From: Phoronis australis
Taxonomy: Eukaryota; Animalia; Phoronida
Reading direction: 5' to 3'
DNA length: 39,172 nt
Assembly (NCBI GenBank): GCA_002633005.1
Contig: NMRA01001177.1
Coordinates: 1-39,172, forward strand
Numbering within the stretch: position 1 is the stretch's first letter; each line of letters begins with the position of its first letter. Below, one piece after another: positions 12,465 to 24,349 of the stretch. Below the pieces are notes generated by a model. It saw only the letters and a list, made by a program, of their open reading frames with translations. It searched no databases and was not told the origin of the DNA. Both the position numbers and the translations under genes were made by a program.

Positions 12465-13574
12465 CTGAAAGCAATAGCCAGGCCATTTTAAATACATCAT
12501 GACCAAACAAAACATTGATAGGAATTAACTATTAAACACCACATGGCATAAAATCGATCTTTACAAAGGACTGATTCCCCGCATTTGTCTAATTCTAGTT
12601 GTGCACCCCAGATTGGAGTGCCATAACTGTGTACAAAATGTTTACGTGTGTAAGGAGCTTAAAGTTTTGGTTTTTTTTAGGTTTTAGACCATGCCTGTGG
12701 TGTGTGCAAGTCATGTACTGAGGTTATGAGGATAATGGCCAACACTGAGAGAGCCAGCAATGAAATCATTTCTATCCAGATTCACACAATGGTATTGATT
12801 AAGTAATAGCTAACAACTCTTCATAAAACGTTCAGAAAATGAAACGCAAGTGGCTGCTTCTGTAGAAGTCTTTCTCATTGATCAGATCACATTTTATACA
12901 GTCGTATAAACACAAGCATACCTAAACTTATACAGTACAAGCCAAAAGTATTCAGACAAAATGACTGCAATTCATCCTTTTCTCTGATATTGAGAATGAT
13001 CTGTAATTAAGAGGAAAGTTAGAAAGTGGCTAAGCCATTCTGCCCTAATAGTTAATAGACTAATTTAGGCTGTCAACAGAATTAACCCTCATGATGCGGA
13101 AAACGATAACTTGTTTGATTACTTTGTACACGGTAGTTGTACACCTCGGCAGTCATTTCGCTTGGACATGGTAAGAAGAAAGGCCTTGCCAGTAATAAAA
13201 TACACTAGTTTTCACAATAAACTGAACAACGTCGAAATTTGACTGAGGTTCACTGCACAAACTGCGACTAAATATCCTTTCTTTTCTGCTAGAGCATGTT
13301 TCAATTCAGGCTAAATGTCCACAGGTGTTGCTCCATGAACTTTGTCGAAATAGTGACAACTTGGCGAGACCCAATAACGTTATGTTAAACTCTGACCAAT
13401 GTATGACAAATGTGAAATTTTATTGTCGAGGCAAATCTTTGAGTAAAACAGCCAAACAATTCTGGCAGAAGTTTGGCAGAGTCTGACAGTTTTGTCAAAG
13501 TTTTTTGACAAGTCTATTTTGAAAACCAGAGTCGTTCAAAGTCACAGCAAAGGCTTACATTACGCATACAGTAC

Positions 13575-13651
13575 CGTATAGCCTCAATCCTCTCGTTGTT
13601 GTGAATTAGTTCAATAAACTCCTGTTCTTGCAGACTAAACTCCAGCGTACT
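13575..13651 (-). pseudogene. MAEA: MAEA exon (CTLH region)
   Basis: ttattgcag|STLEFSLQEQEFIELIHNNERIEAIR|gtactg. 77 nt, open, and phase-compatible with its neighbours. Confidence 0.9.
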
Positions 13652-13706
13652 CTGCAATAACAAGTACAATAAAACAATATTATCCAACCAAACCCAAAGA
13701 TTTTAA

Positions 13707-16106
13707 AGTCCCTACAAAATGAACCAACTGCCTTTTAGATGTGTTAAATACATGTACTTATGTGCAACATATCTTTGTTTTGTTTCATTTCACACAACCA
13801 CTAACTAATTACTATGCATTTTGTGCCCCCCATATTATGTGCCCCCATCAGATACCCCTTTTATTCTCTCGACGAATCACAGTAGACTGACCTATTGACA
13901 TCATCGTTGAAAGCGAGCAACACATTACCGCGCTAACCACAACCTGTAGTGAGCACCTGATCGGCTGCTGGGACAGTAAAAAACCAAGTAGTTTGCTCAA
14001 GGAACGTCACCAATTAGAAACATCGCCGACGTTAGGTATCAATGTCGACTGATAATGCAATATTACTAAGCAAAACAATGGTGTCAGGCAAAGCACCCTT
14101 CGAACCGGACAGCGGCGTAGATCTAGAATAGGGACTGCTATCGATTCACTCACTACCCACGATGAACCAATTTTCGAAGTATTGCACCCACGTAAAAGGT
14201 CCTACAACAGCTACGTTTCGCACTGAATCTGACAACGGCAAACTTACCGAACTCTGTGGTGGAAAAAATACTTATTTTTCACATAAGATGTCTTGATTAT
14301 CCACTAACAATATCCTCGGCAATATATCACGGCGACATGGTCGGTACCATTTTATACGATCGTGGCTCAGAAATGTCGTCAATTAACGGTGTGGGTGAAT
14401 GTAGCCTACATCTCGTTTTTATCGCAAAAAAACAAACGTAAAGATGACAACCCTTGGCTGTTACTTGCCAAACGACGGTCACAACTTGTCTTGCATTAGA
14501 GTAAATAAAAGTAAGTCGACAACAAATTCTCAAGCCCTTTTTTCTGGGACAGCACGCGCGACATATATATGAGTCATCTGTCACTCACATGTTGTAGCCA
14601 ATGTATCACGTATCACGTACTCCAGCGGTGGGAACGTAGAGGTGCACACCTCCCAAGTCGCACATAAAAAGAGTACGGCGGCCGTTCTAAATAAAATATT
14701 GCACTGGCTTGGCTCGATTAGTGCTTGGGTGTTGCATATACTCGAATGCATGTGACCATAAGATAGCGCTGATTCAACTTGAGTCTTGTGGCACATTCCT
14801 TGAAATTAACATCGGGAAAGGGTGTACTTACAAACCCCGCACGTGAACGTCAGGCAGTACGGCTTTGGGTACAATTTGGAGGCACGCACTGAAAAAAATG
14901 TGCAGTCAGTATGTCGATGGGTTGTGCTATGACGGGAACGGGGTATTTCCCTGACTTCAAAGTATAAAATGCCTTGTGCAATTGGTCTTTCAAATCGAAC
15001 AATAGTTTAAATATGACAATCTATTCGCAGCGCTAACTTTGTCCTTTTTGCTCAATATTTTGTTTCCACATCAATCGCTTAGATTTTCCTGCAGGTCTCA
15101 TTAATCGGCGTGCAGCTAGCTGCGTCGGTTACGGGTTAAGTTTCGTATGCCTTGAGTAAAATGCCTTTGTCTTCAAATGACAGTCCGTAGCGAGTTCCGT
15201 GACAGTTGGCCGGTAAGATTCCCCTTCTGTTTCACTTTACTCGGATTCCTCTGGCTTGAACATACACGGCGCTAATCCATCCAAACCTTGTTTCTACATT
15301 TTCTTAATCTTCCATTTCGCAGTACTTTTCATTGAACGTCCGTCCATTGCAAGGTGTTATACTTTTCTAACCCAAGTGCGAAAAGTCACGGGTCATTCTT
15401 TTTCATCATGCTGCGAGTGAGCCTTTCGCTTCGTTAAGATGTGTAACGCCGACTTACTCCCCGACATAATCCCGTAATTATCACGGAGCGACTACAAACT
15501 AATTAATTCTCCGGTACACGCATTCCGCCAGGATGTCACCGTGGGTCCGACAAATCTCCATTCATTGCGAATCTGTCCCCCAATGCACGCAGGGACCCTG
15601 TTCGTTAAATCTGTTCGTTAAACCCCGACGTCTTTGTGAATAAGCATTTGATGTTAGACTGAGTAAGTGGTCCCCAACCGAGAACGCGCTGTCTTCGGTG
15701 ACGCTACACTACTGATCAAGGGACAGTGAGTTGTAGGATATTACATGCACGTGGAAGTGTCGAGATAAGTGTCGTATAGTATTTGAGCTTGGTTGTCTCT
15801 AACAGTTGTAATTTTGAAAATCTGTGACTTGAAATATGCACCAGACACCGTGAGGTAAGCTTCCAGTGGCAACGGGACTGTTCGATACGTCTTGGGTACC
15901 AACGATGACGTCATTTGCGTCGATTAGAATGAGCGCAACCTAAAGTTTTTTTTTCGGCGCTAAATGGGGTTCATGATGGGGTCGTACAATAGTAATTGGC
16001 GTAATTAGCTAATGCCAGGAGTAAAGGGAGGGATGATAAATTTGTGTTGATCACTGATACATATATTTAACATGTTCAAAAGTCATTTGGCCGTTATGTA
16101 GGGTCC
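13707..16106. mobile_element. Kolobok-type DNA transposon (decayed, 2.4 kb) inserted in an MAEA intron
   Basis: TTAA at 13703-13706 and 16107-16110, with ends AG...CC (RR...YY). Imperfect TIRs of ~50 bp: AGTCCCTACAAAATGAACCAACTGCCTTTTAGATGTGTTAAATACATGTA vs reverse complement GGACCCTACATAACGGCCAAATGACTTTTGAACATGTTAAATATATGTA. Confidence 0.8.
14595..15290 (-). pseudogene. Decayed P2X7 C-terminal 'ballast'-like (KolX-like) accessory ORF of the Kolobok element
   Basis: Ordered remnants GLDGLAPCMFKPEESE (PYMFEPE-type motif, ~15238-15285), CLTF..GF, NILFRTAA, RLGR and VIRDTL. Heavily frameshifted. Confidence 0.45.
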
Positions 16107-16987
16107 TTAAGTCGACACTTCAAATTTTGATGCATCATACAACATTGGTGTAAAATATGACATGCATCTTTCAGTTTAACCTAAAGTGTGTCCAACTGTA
16201 ACAATGTATGCCACTTTTGATAGTAAAGTCTGCTTCATATGTTCTAGTGTACTAATGAGAGACTTTTGGGAAGCCATGACAACTGTTGTGAGATTTAGGA
16301 TTTCAACACGGTTTTCTAGCTGGCGCGGGAACAACTTCAATATACTCACGCAAAACAAATGGAAAATATTCGCAACGACAAAAGTTAGTGCTGATACTTA
16401 TCACTGCGAAGTGGAATTTTAGAAAGTGCAGTGAAGCAGTTTGAGCTACAAACTTCTGTTGGGGAGACAAGAGTTCAAATCATGGCTACACTTGCAGACC
16501 AATGAATGTTGAGCAAAACCACCACCTACTCATCTTTGCTTACCAGTGGATAGGTACAAAAGAGTGAAAGGTGTGACAACACTATTTTAATATTTTCATA
16601 CATGACTGGGAAAGTTGGGATGACAACTGGAGAGCATTCTGTAGAGCTAGTTCCCTGTGTAAAAAGTATGATCTCACAAGACCTAGCAAAATCACACGAG
16701 TAAAAAGCAAGCATTTCCCAAGGATGCTCAGGAGCTTTACTAGCTTGTCCTAACTAAATAGCAGCCACTGACTGACTGGATGGTGTTGAATTATGGGATA
16801 GAATTAATGAATTGAGAGATTGAATTCACTGTTTCCATTCCATAAGCAATCATTTCTTGCTGTGACTGAAAACTAATGTCTTGAAGTTAACAGAACTCTG
16901 CCTTGAAGTCTGCTCAACATAACATACATAACTGGTTCACAAACAACAGCCATTCAAAGCGACACAAACATTAACACACAGACCTAC

Positions 16988-17105
16988 CTTGAGCCTCCTC
17001 AGTTTTGATTTGTTGTCAGCACACCAGGCCAGGCAGGGGGCCGTCTCACCATTGGCTATAGTGACTCCTCCACTTGTTTGGAGACCAGGAACAGATGGTG
17101 AGGTC
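16988..17105 (-). pseudogene. MAEA: MAEA exon (CTLH start)
   Basis: ttttcccatctaag|DLT-[del]-LFLVSKQVEESL-[+2]-ANGETAPCLAWCADNKSKLRRLK|gtaggt. 118 nt, so the frame is broken. Confidence 0.92.
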
Positions 17106-17479
17106 CTTAGATGGGAAAACAGAGACATAGTGAACTCTACGACTATACTTAAAAGAATGATGCAGCAAAGAAATGTTCTGGTTATAGCAGTCCAACCAGA
17201 CTGCCACAAGATGTCACTGCAATTTTGCTTGGAAGTCATTAACATTTAGGTATTAACTAAAAATATAGCCCATCTTCAGTGAGGACATGACTGGTGTACT
17301 TACAGACAAGAACAATAATAAATGGCACAACTTTCCCATCAATATTCAAAAGTATGCCTATCTTCATTAAATGCACAAGTTAACATTGCCCAGTGTGAGA
17401 GGTAATGTTTCATTGTAATGCCAAGACCAGTGGACCGTAACCAATACCAATGCTATACACAGTCCAACACAGTACTAAC

Positions 17480-17672
17480 TGTGACATCTGAATGCTGGGC
17501 CAACTTGAGCGCTGTCTGGTAATAGCCACAACGCAGGAAGTACTCAACCAGCATGTGATCTAGTCGCTTCTTTTTCCACGGACGATGAGAACTTCTCGTA
17601 TTCCTTCAAGTGTGCCAGGCATTGTTTACAAGGACAAGCTGTGTCCAGTTCATCACTAACGTTTTCATCAGC
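17480..17672 (-). pseudogene. MAEA: MAEA exon (LisH region)
   Basis: tttccctcgcacag|[30 protein letters not shown]-[frameshift][33 protein letters not shown]|gttagt. 193 nt. Confidence 0.92.
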
Positions 17673-17938
17673 CTGTGCGAGGGAAAAAAATGCATAAATG
17701 TACACAAAATAAAAAATTGCCCGTGTATCTTCACAGCACTCACACTAGCCAATGCTCACCTCTTAAACAGAGCTGAAGGTCCACCGGAGAGCTTTTCACC
17801 ACTCGGTGAAATGGATATAAACCAAAAGAAAAGAAGGAACATTCTTGTTCAGTGGGTTAGTACTAACGAAATCAAATTCCCTTGACACCTTTAGAAAACT
17901 GCAAACGGTCTTACTGGTTACATTTCGCTTCTTTTTAC

Positions 17939-17974
17939 CTTCCTCTTACAACAACGAATCAAATCGTCTGCCAT
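17939..17974 (-). pseudogene. Candidate first coding exon MADDLIRCCKRK
   Basis: aagATGGCA start context and 12 codons ending AAG|gtaaaa. It is phase 0 and compatible with the ADENVS exon. Its identity is uncertain. Confidence 0.4.
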
Positions 17975-17998
17975 CTTCTACTGTTAGTTTTTAACTTA

Positions 17999-18033
17999 AT
18001 GACGTCATGTAGTGAACCCAATGCCAGCCAATA
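17999..18033. promoter_or_regulatory. CRE palindrome (ATGACGTCAT) plus CCAAT motifs; candidate promoter remnant
   Basis: TGACGTCA at 18000-18007 and two CCAAT motifs within the next 30 bp, immediately upstream of the candidate ATG at 17974. Confidence 0.35.
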
Positions 18034-18944
18034 AGCCCAGTGAATGCTTTGTTGAGTTCATGAGTTCACCAACAGGTTAAAAATGCAAATGGCGCAGTGA
18101 CAAGTGAAAAGTATAAAAAGTCGAATCTACGAATGTTAAGGTTCTTCCGAAGGGCTTGATTTAAGTGCACTTTTATATTTGCTGCATCATTTCTTAAGAT
18201 AAAAGTGTTCACGTGATCGCAATTTCAACGCATGCAGGTTAATGTTTGACATATTGTAACTCGAGTGTGATGTGTATGGCACTTAATTCCACTCTCATTG
18301 TGGAGACTTCCAACCCTATTTAAGGGTTAGTTTATGACTACACTTATACCAGTGAGCATGAAACACTGACAACGCAAACACTCTCAACATTCACAAGACT
18401 TATTTCTATCTGAAAAAAAGGTTTTTTTCCATTACAGGTACACAGTTATAGCAACCATAGTAACCATCTCGCCCGTACTGCATAACGTTAGGGTGAGTAT
18501 ATGGTTTGCACATTACCTAGACGACCGTCAATGCACCTTCAGCCTGCTGATTCAACAAGAACACGGAAGGAAAATCACCAGAGCCAAAATGTCGAGCACA
18601 CTTGTGTTAGATATGTTGGGAGTGATAGTGTGTGCCTTTAAGAGACATTGATAATTAAATTTGATACCCCATGTCTGAACCACCAGACACGGGATAAGAA
18701 CAAATAACTGAAATTGTATGCTTAGTCTCACGTGTCTGTGTTTTGTAGAATCTGCAAGTTCGTAGTTTTTCGCAGTGGGCTGTTTTCCTGCCTGTTGTTT
18801 AAGATTTCTCTCCTCTGACGAATGTTCAGATGGAAGATCCAGGATTAAATGTATATATGTCTATTAGTATTTATGTTTTCTGCGTTTTCACAATCGATTT
18901 CACACAGCTGTTGTATTGTTTAAATATACAAAAACACGCGACTA

Positions 18945-19490
18945 TCAAAGTGTATGACAAGAGAACGAATTGGAATGGCCACGTCAGGATTTATAATAAT
19001 GAAAACGATATTAACATCAAGAAACATATCAATCACTCTCAGACTGCGACTCACCACTTGCTACATATATTCAATCCTTATGTACGGATGTGAGACATGG
19101 ACTCTTAATAAATCATTGGAAAGAAAGATCGAAGCGTCTGTATGTGGATATTCTGAAGGATCGGAAGAATAAGCTGGACGCAGAAAATGACAAATGAAGA
19201 CATGCGCAAACACCCAGGAGTCAAACCATCTTTTTTGTCCACCATCCAAAGTCGTAAATTGAACTTTTTTGGGCACACGGCAAGACACGACAACATACAG
19301 AAAGACATACTATACTGTCACGTGGAAGGGAAAACAGCAAGAGGACGACAACGATTAATGTAGAGGGATGACATCAAGACATGGACAAGATCAACGATGA
19401 CAGAATGCACCAGACTGGCAAACAAGAGAGAGAGAGATGGAGGTCATGTTCATGTTGACCTCAAAGTAGATGACACCCGATGATGATAAT
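18945..19490 (+). mobile_element. 5'-truncated RTE-clade LINE (RT C-terminus, short 3' end, GAT-repeat tail)
   Basis: RIGMATSGF..ILTSRNISITLRLRLTTCYIYSILMYGCETWTL, MWIF*RIGRISWTQKMTNE, RKLNFFGHTARHD, VEGKTARGRQR and DDIKTWT..RWR, ending gatgatgataat. Stops and frameshifts are present. Confidence 0.9.
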
Positions 19491-20078
19491 AGAGCTCTGA
19501 GAAGGCTTGAATCCACAGAAACTATTGCAGTGTTTAATACCACTTATTTAAATGAAAATTTGTTGCCAACATAAAAATTACAGCACGGTAGATTTCAGAC
19601 ATTTAAAGCCATATTAAACCCACGCTTTGTGTCAAACACCAAGTTTTGATTTAGGTAACATAACACTACAAATTTGGTAATAGCCATGAACTCTGAGCAA
19701 AATCACTGATAAACATAACTTGTGTTATCACATACCTTGCGTTTGAGAACAGATAATTTTTCAACAACATTATCCAACCAGGAAGTGACTTGACTGACAT
19801 CTGATGTGTTTTTCAAACAATTTTCCAGTTCACTGAGTTATAAAGGAGGCACAGAACAGTTCTCACTGGGTTTTGCCCAGCAAAACGCACATCACTTGAT
19901 TTGTCACCTTTTCTTCACTCTGTCAAAAACAGGATGCAAAGAATGACATGTTTTCAATTATTTTACATAAAAAGCCCTGCAGATGAGCACAGAAACTTTA
20001 TTCTCTCTTGTGTTTTTGACAATTTCATTCCCACTGAAAACCAAGCTAGACTAAGAAGAAAAATAAGGGCAAAAAATG

Positions 20079-20419
20079 CAAAAACACCACTTCCCTGCCA
20101 ATGCATGACTAAAGCCAACATCAGAGTCTGAAAGCAAATTTACTACCGATTCCGAAAATGTGGTCCAAAAGTACTGTCAATTACCAACTAGTTTTTTGGC
20201 AATTCTTGCTTGTTTGAGGGCTACCTAAACTCACAGCCAATTTCTCAGTCGCTACCCAACAATGCACAAATGCAGCCGGGGGCCGCCAGCTTGAAGAAGA
20301 GTGCAGCTACAGCTAAGAAAGTGGCCTTTTTTATTCACAGCATGTTCACAAATACAAACAAACCACATTCACTGAGCCTACGTGCAATGTCCACCTACAA
20401 AATGCCCCCAAACTTGGCC
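20079..20419 (+). repeat. Dispersed repeat, copy 1 (copy 2 at 38830-39166)
   Basis: Near-identical blocks such as AGAGTCTGAAAGCAAATTT, CCGATTCCGAAAATGTGGTCCAAAAGTACTGTCAA and GCAGCCGGGGGCCGCCA. It is followed by GCGGAAA repeats and a TTCCAAGCCTTG end at ~20632-20643, similar to TTCCAAGCCCTG at ~8760-8771, which suggests a hAT-like element. Confidence 0.85.
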
Positions 20420-21034
20420 TACCCCAAAATTTCAATATTTTGAGAGTGCAAATTGGCTGCGGTTGCAGCTTAACTATTCAGTGCCACCTGAAAGTCGTCG
20501 GCAACGCCGCGGTAAGAAAGGAATTTGCCGCGGAAATTTTACATCAAATCCGATTTTTTTCACGCGGAAATATAATAAAATACGCAGAAAGAACATTTGA
20601 CAAAAGCGGAAATCCGCGTTTCCACGGAAAATTCCAAGCCTTGATGTTTTGGTGGCACCTGGGTCATTGCTCCCATGAGATAGCCAACGTTCCTTTTATG
20701 TAAATTCTCTTGACATCCAAAATACATTTTACTATCTGTTTTTGATAATGTTACAGAAAATACTATGGTATAAACAATCTCAATTAAGCAGCATAATCTT
20801 AATGGCTACTACTTTACCATGAGGAAATTCACCATTGTTTGATGATGCCAAACTTAGTAGACTTTCCAGGAGAATTCCTAGTGGTCCACATGATAACCTA
20901 TTATGTGATAAACAATGTGCCTATATGCCCAATGGATCACGACCCAGTGAGGCTTATAACCACAATTGAAATTGTCACTTCAGTGTACAGATTTAATCAA
21001 TTTCACCAACATCAAACCATTTTCCGAAATGCAA

Positions 21035-24000
21035 TCTCAAGTTCAAATTGTCAGACTAACAAATTAACTGACAAATTATATGTTCCATACCATGTGAGCA
21101 GAAAACAGTAGAAACCCCAAGCAAAAGCATGGGATGCCTCCCAGGTTTTTTCTCACAAAGGTTTCCTTGTGATGACTTGTCTGCCTTGAATACCTCCCTG
21201 TCTCTAACTTCCTTAAAGATGGAAACACTGCCAAGTCGGTCCTTTGAACAAAATATTCATATCATTCAGATACTAAGAAAAGTTACAACATTCTCTAAGG
21301 GTCATTCCTAATAAATCAGTTGCATTTACTATGGAAAGGGAAACAAATTGAAACTATAAATATGAATGAAAGAAGCTTAATTTTGAAGCTTTCCTTTTTT
21401 CCTAGGAAGGCCAAGATATAACTTCATAAACACACTACATGCAGACATCTTTAAAGAATTTGAAAGATGGCATTATTATCAAGAAGTGCAGAAACGAGCA
21501 ACCCAGAGTGTTGAAATGCCCCAACAAATGCATCGCAAACGGTGTGCTTCTAGGGTTGTTCATTTGTTTCATAAAAACAGCCACTAGATGGCTCAAAAAC
21601 AGCCAATCCATTTGAAAACAGAAAAATGCCATTGCTTCTTGAATAGAAAGCTATTCACCATATTTCATAAAAATCTGTCAAGGAACTTCAGAGAAACAGA
21701 AGAAAACGGAAAAAAATGAAAATGCCACTATGGGGAACAGTGAACAGTCCTGAAAGACCTAATCTATTGTAAGCTTCATATGAATACAATTACTAAATTC
21801 AATAAAGATCCAGCAGTGTGTTACGGCGATGCAGCTATGGGGGCAAAGAAAAACAAAACTACCACTAGGAGGCGCCACAAAAGTCGAATTCATTATACTC
21901 AACCCTGCCCTCTTTACACCGAGTACATACATAACAGTTTTCAAAATCATGGTTTGGTTGAATAAGGGGTAGACACCAAAAAATAGACTCGAAAACAGTC
22001 AAAATAGCCACTAGGCGGCGCAAACTACGTCAAATCCATCCGAGAACAGGATGATAGCGTCATCTCATTCATAGATGAGCATACGGCAAAATTTCACGGG
22101 GACCTTTGAAGATAAGGTAAACGTAAAAAATATGAAATTGCCACAAGGGGGCACACTGATTGTTCGCCCAGGCCGTTCCATTCACGAAAGGAACATATGT
22201 GCCAAATTTCATGAACATACATCAAAGGGTTTTGGAGATAGAGCAACAGACGCCAGACAGACGGCAGGACGGGAATCACAGCATAATGCGTCCTCATATA
22301 AATATGAAGAATTGGTTTTGGCTTTTAATTTCAGAAAATATATACTTTCTTGGATTGACATTGGATAGTTAATTGGATATTTTAGGATGAATATAGCATG
22401 AACAATTAGGGCCAGGTAAACGTAATCTTAAGAGTGGTCATGCCAAGGAGTAATGGACACTGCAGACTAAAAAAATGAATAGAAATGACCACTAGGTGGT
22501 GTTTTTTCCTGAGTCCAACTGAAAAGTGGAAGAGGGAAGGCATCTTTAGTCAATTTCAAAGCAATTTGCATCTAAATGTCAAATAAATCTATCAAGGAAC
22601 TCCACCGATGGAGATGAAAATACAAGGAAAAAATTAAGAGACAGTCCATATAAAAACCAGTAGATATTCAAAAATCAGTCTGTACGTCAAAATTTAAAAN
22701 TCTCAAGTTCAAATTGTCAGACTAACAAATTAACTGACAAATTATATGTTCCATACCATGTGAGCAGAAAACAGTAACCCCAGGCAAAAGCGTGGGATGC
22801 CTCCCAGGTTTTTTCTCACAAAGGTTTCCTTGTAATGACTTGTCTGCCTTGAATACCTCCTTGTCTCTAACTTCCCTTAAGATGGAAACACTGCCAAGTG
22901 GGTCCTTTGAACAAAATATTCATATCATTCAGATACTAAGAAAAGTTACATTCTCTAAGGGTCATTCCTAATAAATCAGTTGCATTTACTATGGAAAGGG
23001 AAACAAATTTTAACTATAGAATGAAAGAAGCTTAATTTTGAAGCTTTTCTTTTTTGCTAGGAAGGCCAAGATATAACTTCATAAACACACTACATGCAGT
23101 CATCTTTAAAGAATTTGAAAGATGGCATTATTATCAAGAAGTGCAGAAACGAGCAACCCAGAGCGTTGAAATGCCCCAACAAATGCATCACAAACGGGTT
23201 GTTCATTTGTTTCATAAAAACAGCCACTAGATGGCACAAAAACAGCCAATCCCTTTAAAAAGGAAAAATGCCATTGCTTCTTGTAAAGAAACCTATTCAC
23301 CATATTTCATAAAAATCTGTCAATGAACTTCAGAGAAACAGAAGAAAATGGAAAAAAATGAAAATGCCACTATGGGGAACAGTGAACAGGCCTGAAAGGC
23401 CTAATCTATTGTAAGCTTCAAATGAATACAATTACTAAATTTAATAAAGATCCACAGTGTGTTACAGCGATGCAGCTATGGGCGCAATGCAAAACAAAAC
23501 TACCACTAGGAGGCGCCACAAAAGTTGAATTCGTTATACTCAACCCTGCCCTCTTTACACCGAGAACATAGTATTACATAACAATTTTCAAAATCAGGGT
23601 TTGGTTGATTGAGGGGTGAACACCAAAAAATAGACTCGAAAACAGTCAAAATAGCCACTAGGTGGCGCAAACTACATAAAATCCATCCGAAAACAGGATG
23701 ATAGCGTCGTCTCACTCATAGATGAGCATACGGCAAAAATTCACGGGGACCTTTGAAGATGAGGTAAACATAAAAAAAATGAAATTGCCACAAGGGGGCA
23801 CACCGAGAGTCGGATCTGTCCAAAAGTTCGCCCAGGCCATTCCATTCACGAAAGGAACATAAGTGCCAAATTTCATGAACATACATCAAAAGATTTTGGA
23901 GATAGAGCAATGGATGCCAGACAGACGGCTGGACGGGAATGACAGTCCTCACATAAATATGAAGAATTGGTTTTGAGTTTTAATTTCAGAAAATATATAC

Positions 24001-24349
24001 TTTCATGGATTAACATTGGATAGTTAATTGGATATTTTAGGATGAATATAGCATGAGCAATTAGGGGTAAACGCAATCTTAAGAGTGGTCATGCCAAGGA
24101 GTAATGGACAATGCAGACTAAAAAATGAATAGAAATGACCACTAGGTGGTGTTTTTTCCTGAGTCCAACTGAAAAGTGGAAGGGGGAAGGCGTCCTTATT
24201 CAATTTCAAAGCAATTTGCATCTAAACGTCAAATAAATCTATCAAGGAACTCCACCGATGGAGATGAAAATATAAGGAAAAAATTAAGAGACAGTCCATA
24301 TAAAAACCAGTAGATTTTCAAAAATCAGTCTATACGTCAAAATTTAAAA
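21035..24349. other. ~1.65-kb tandem duplication across N22700 (probable uncollapsed haplotypes)
   Basis: 21035-22699 and 22701-24349 are collinear, with scattered SNPs and indels. The junction is exactly the N. Confidence 0.88.
21500..22620 (+). repeat. Dispersed repeat with ~140-bp subunits bearing CTCF-like motifs
   Basis: Motifs at 21581 CCACTAGATGGCTC, 21725 CCACTATGGGGAAC, 21862 CCACTAGGAGGCGC, 22008 CCACTAGGCGGCGC, 22141 CCACAAGGGGGCAC and 22489 CCACTAGGTGGTGT. Also contains a GTGCCAAATTTCATGAA core and GACA/GACG repeats. Confidence 0.75.

Larger units (their letters stand above)
11219..17672 (-). pseudogene. MAEA: Unprocessed (intron-containing) pseudogene of macrophage erythroblast attacher / CTLH-GID E3 ligase subunit
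   Basis: Six exon remnants in the correct order, with canonical splice sites, match recognisable MAEA peptides. Four carry frameshifts, and the exon encoding DLLDPARW...LQAGLSAIKTP was not found. Confidence 0.92.

Noticed and set aside
16440-16500. tRNA gene or tRNA-derived SINE (GAGTTCAAATC B-box-like)
   Set aside because: No convincing A-box or cloverleaf.
16526-16714. MLAF-containing ORF as a second MAEA exon copy
   Set aside because: Similarity is limited to four residues. The true exon is at 12357-12464.
17215-17262. LVNT*MLMTSKQ as the start of the MAEA DLVNIEMF exon
   Set aside because: A better match with a proper acceptor (DLT..LFLVSKQVEESL) lies at 17105, so this resemblance is probably coincidental.
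18438-18492. Plus-strand 55-nt exon of a divergent transcript
   Set aside because: It has good splice signals (ttacag / gtgagt) but no partner exon or homology, so support is insufficient.
21035-24349. Biological tandem duplication
   Set aside because: The breakpoint coincides with an N and the same pattern recurs at two other Ns. An assembly artefact is more parsimonious.
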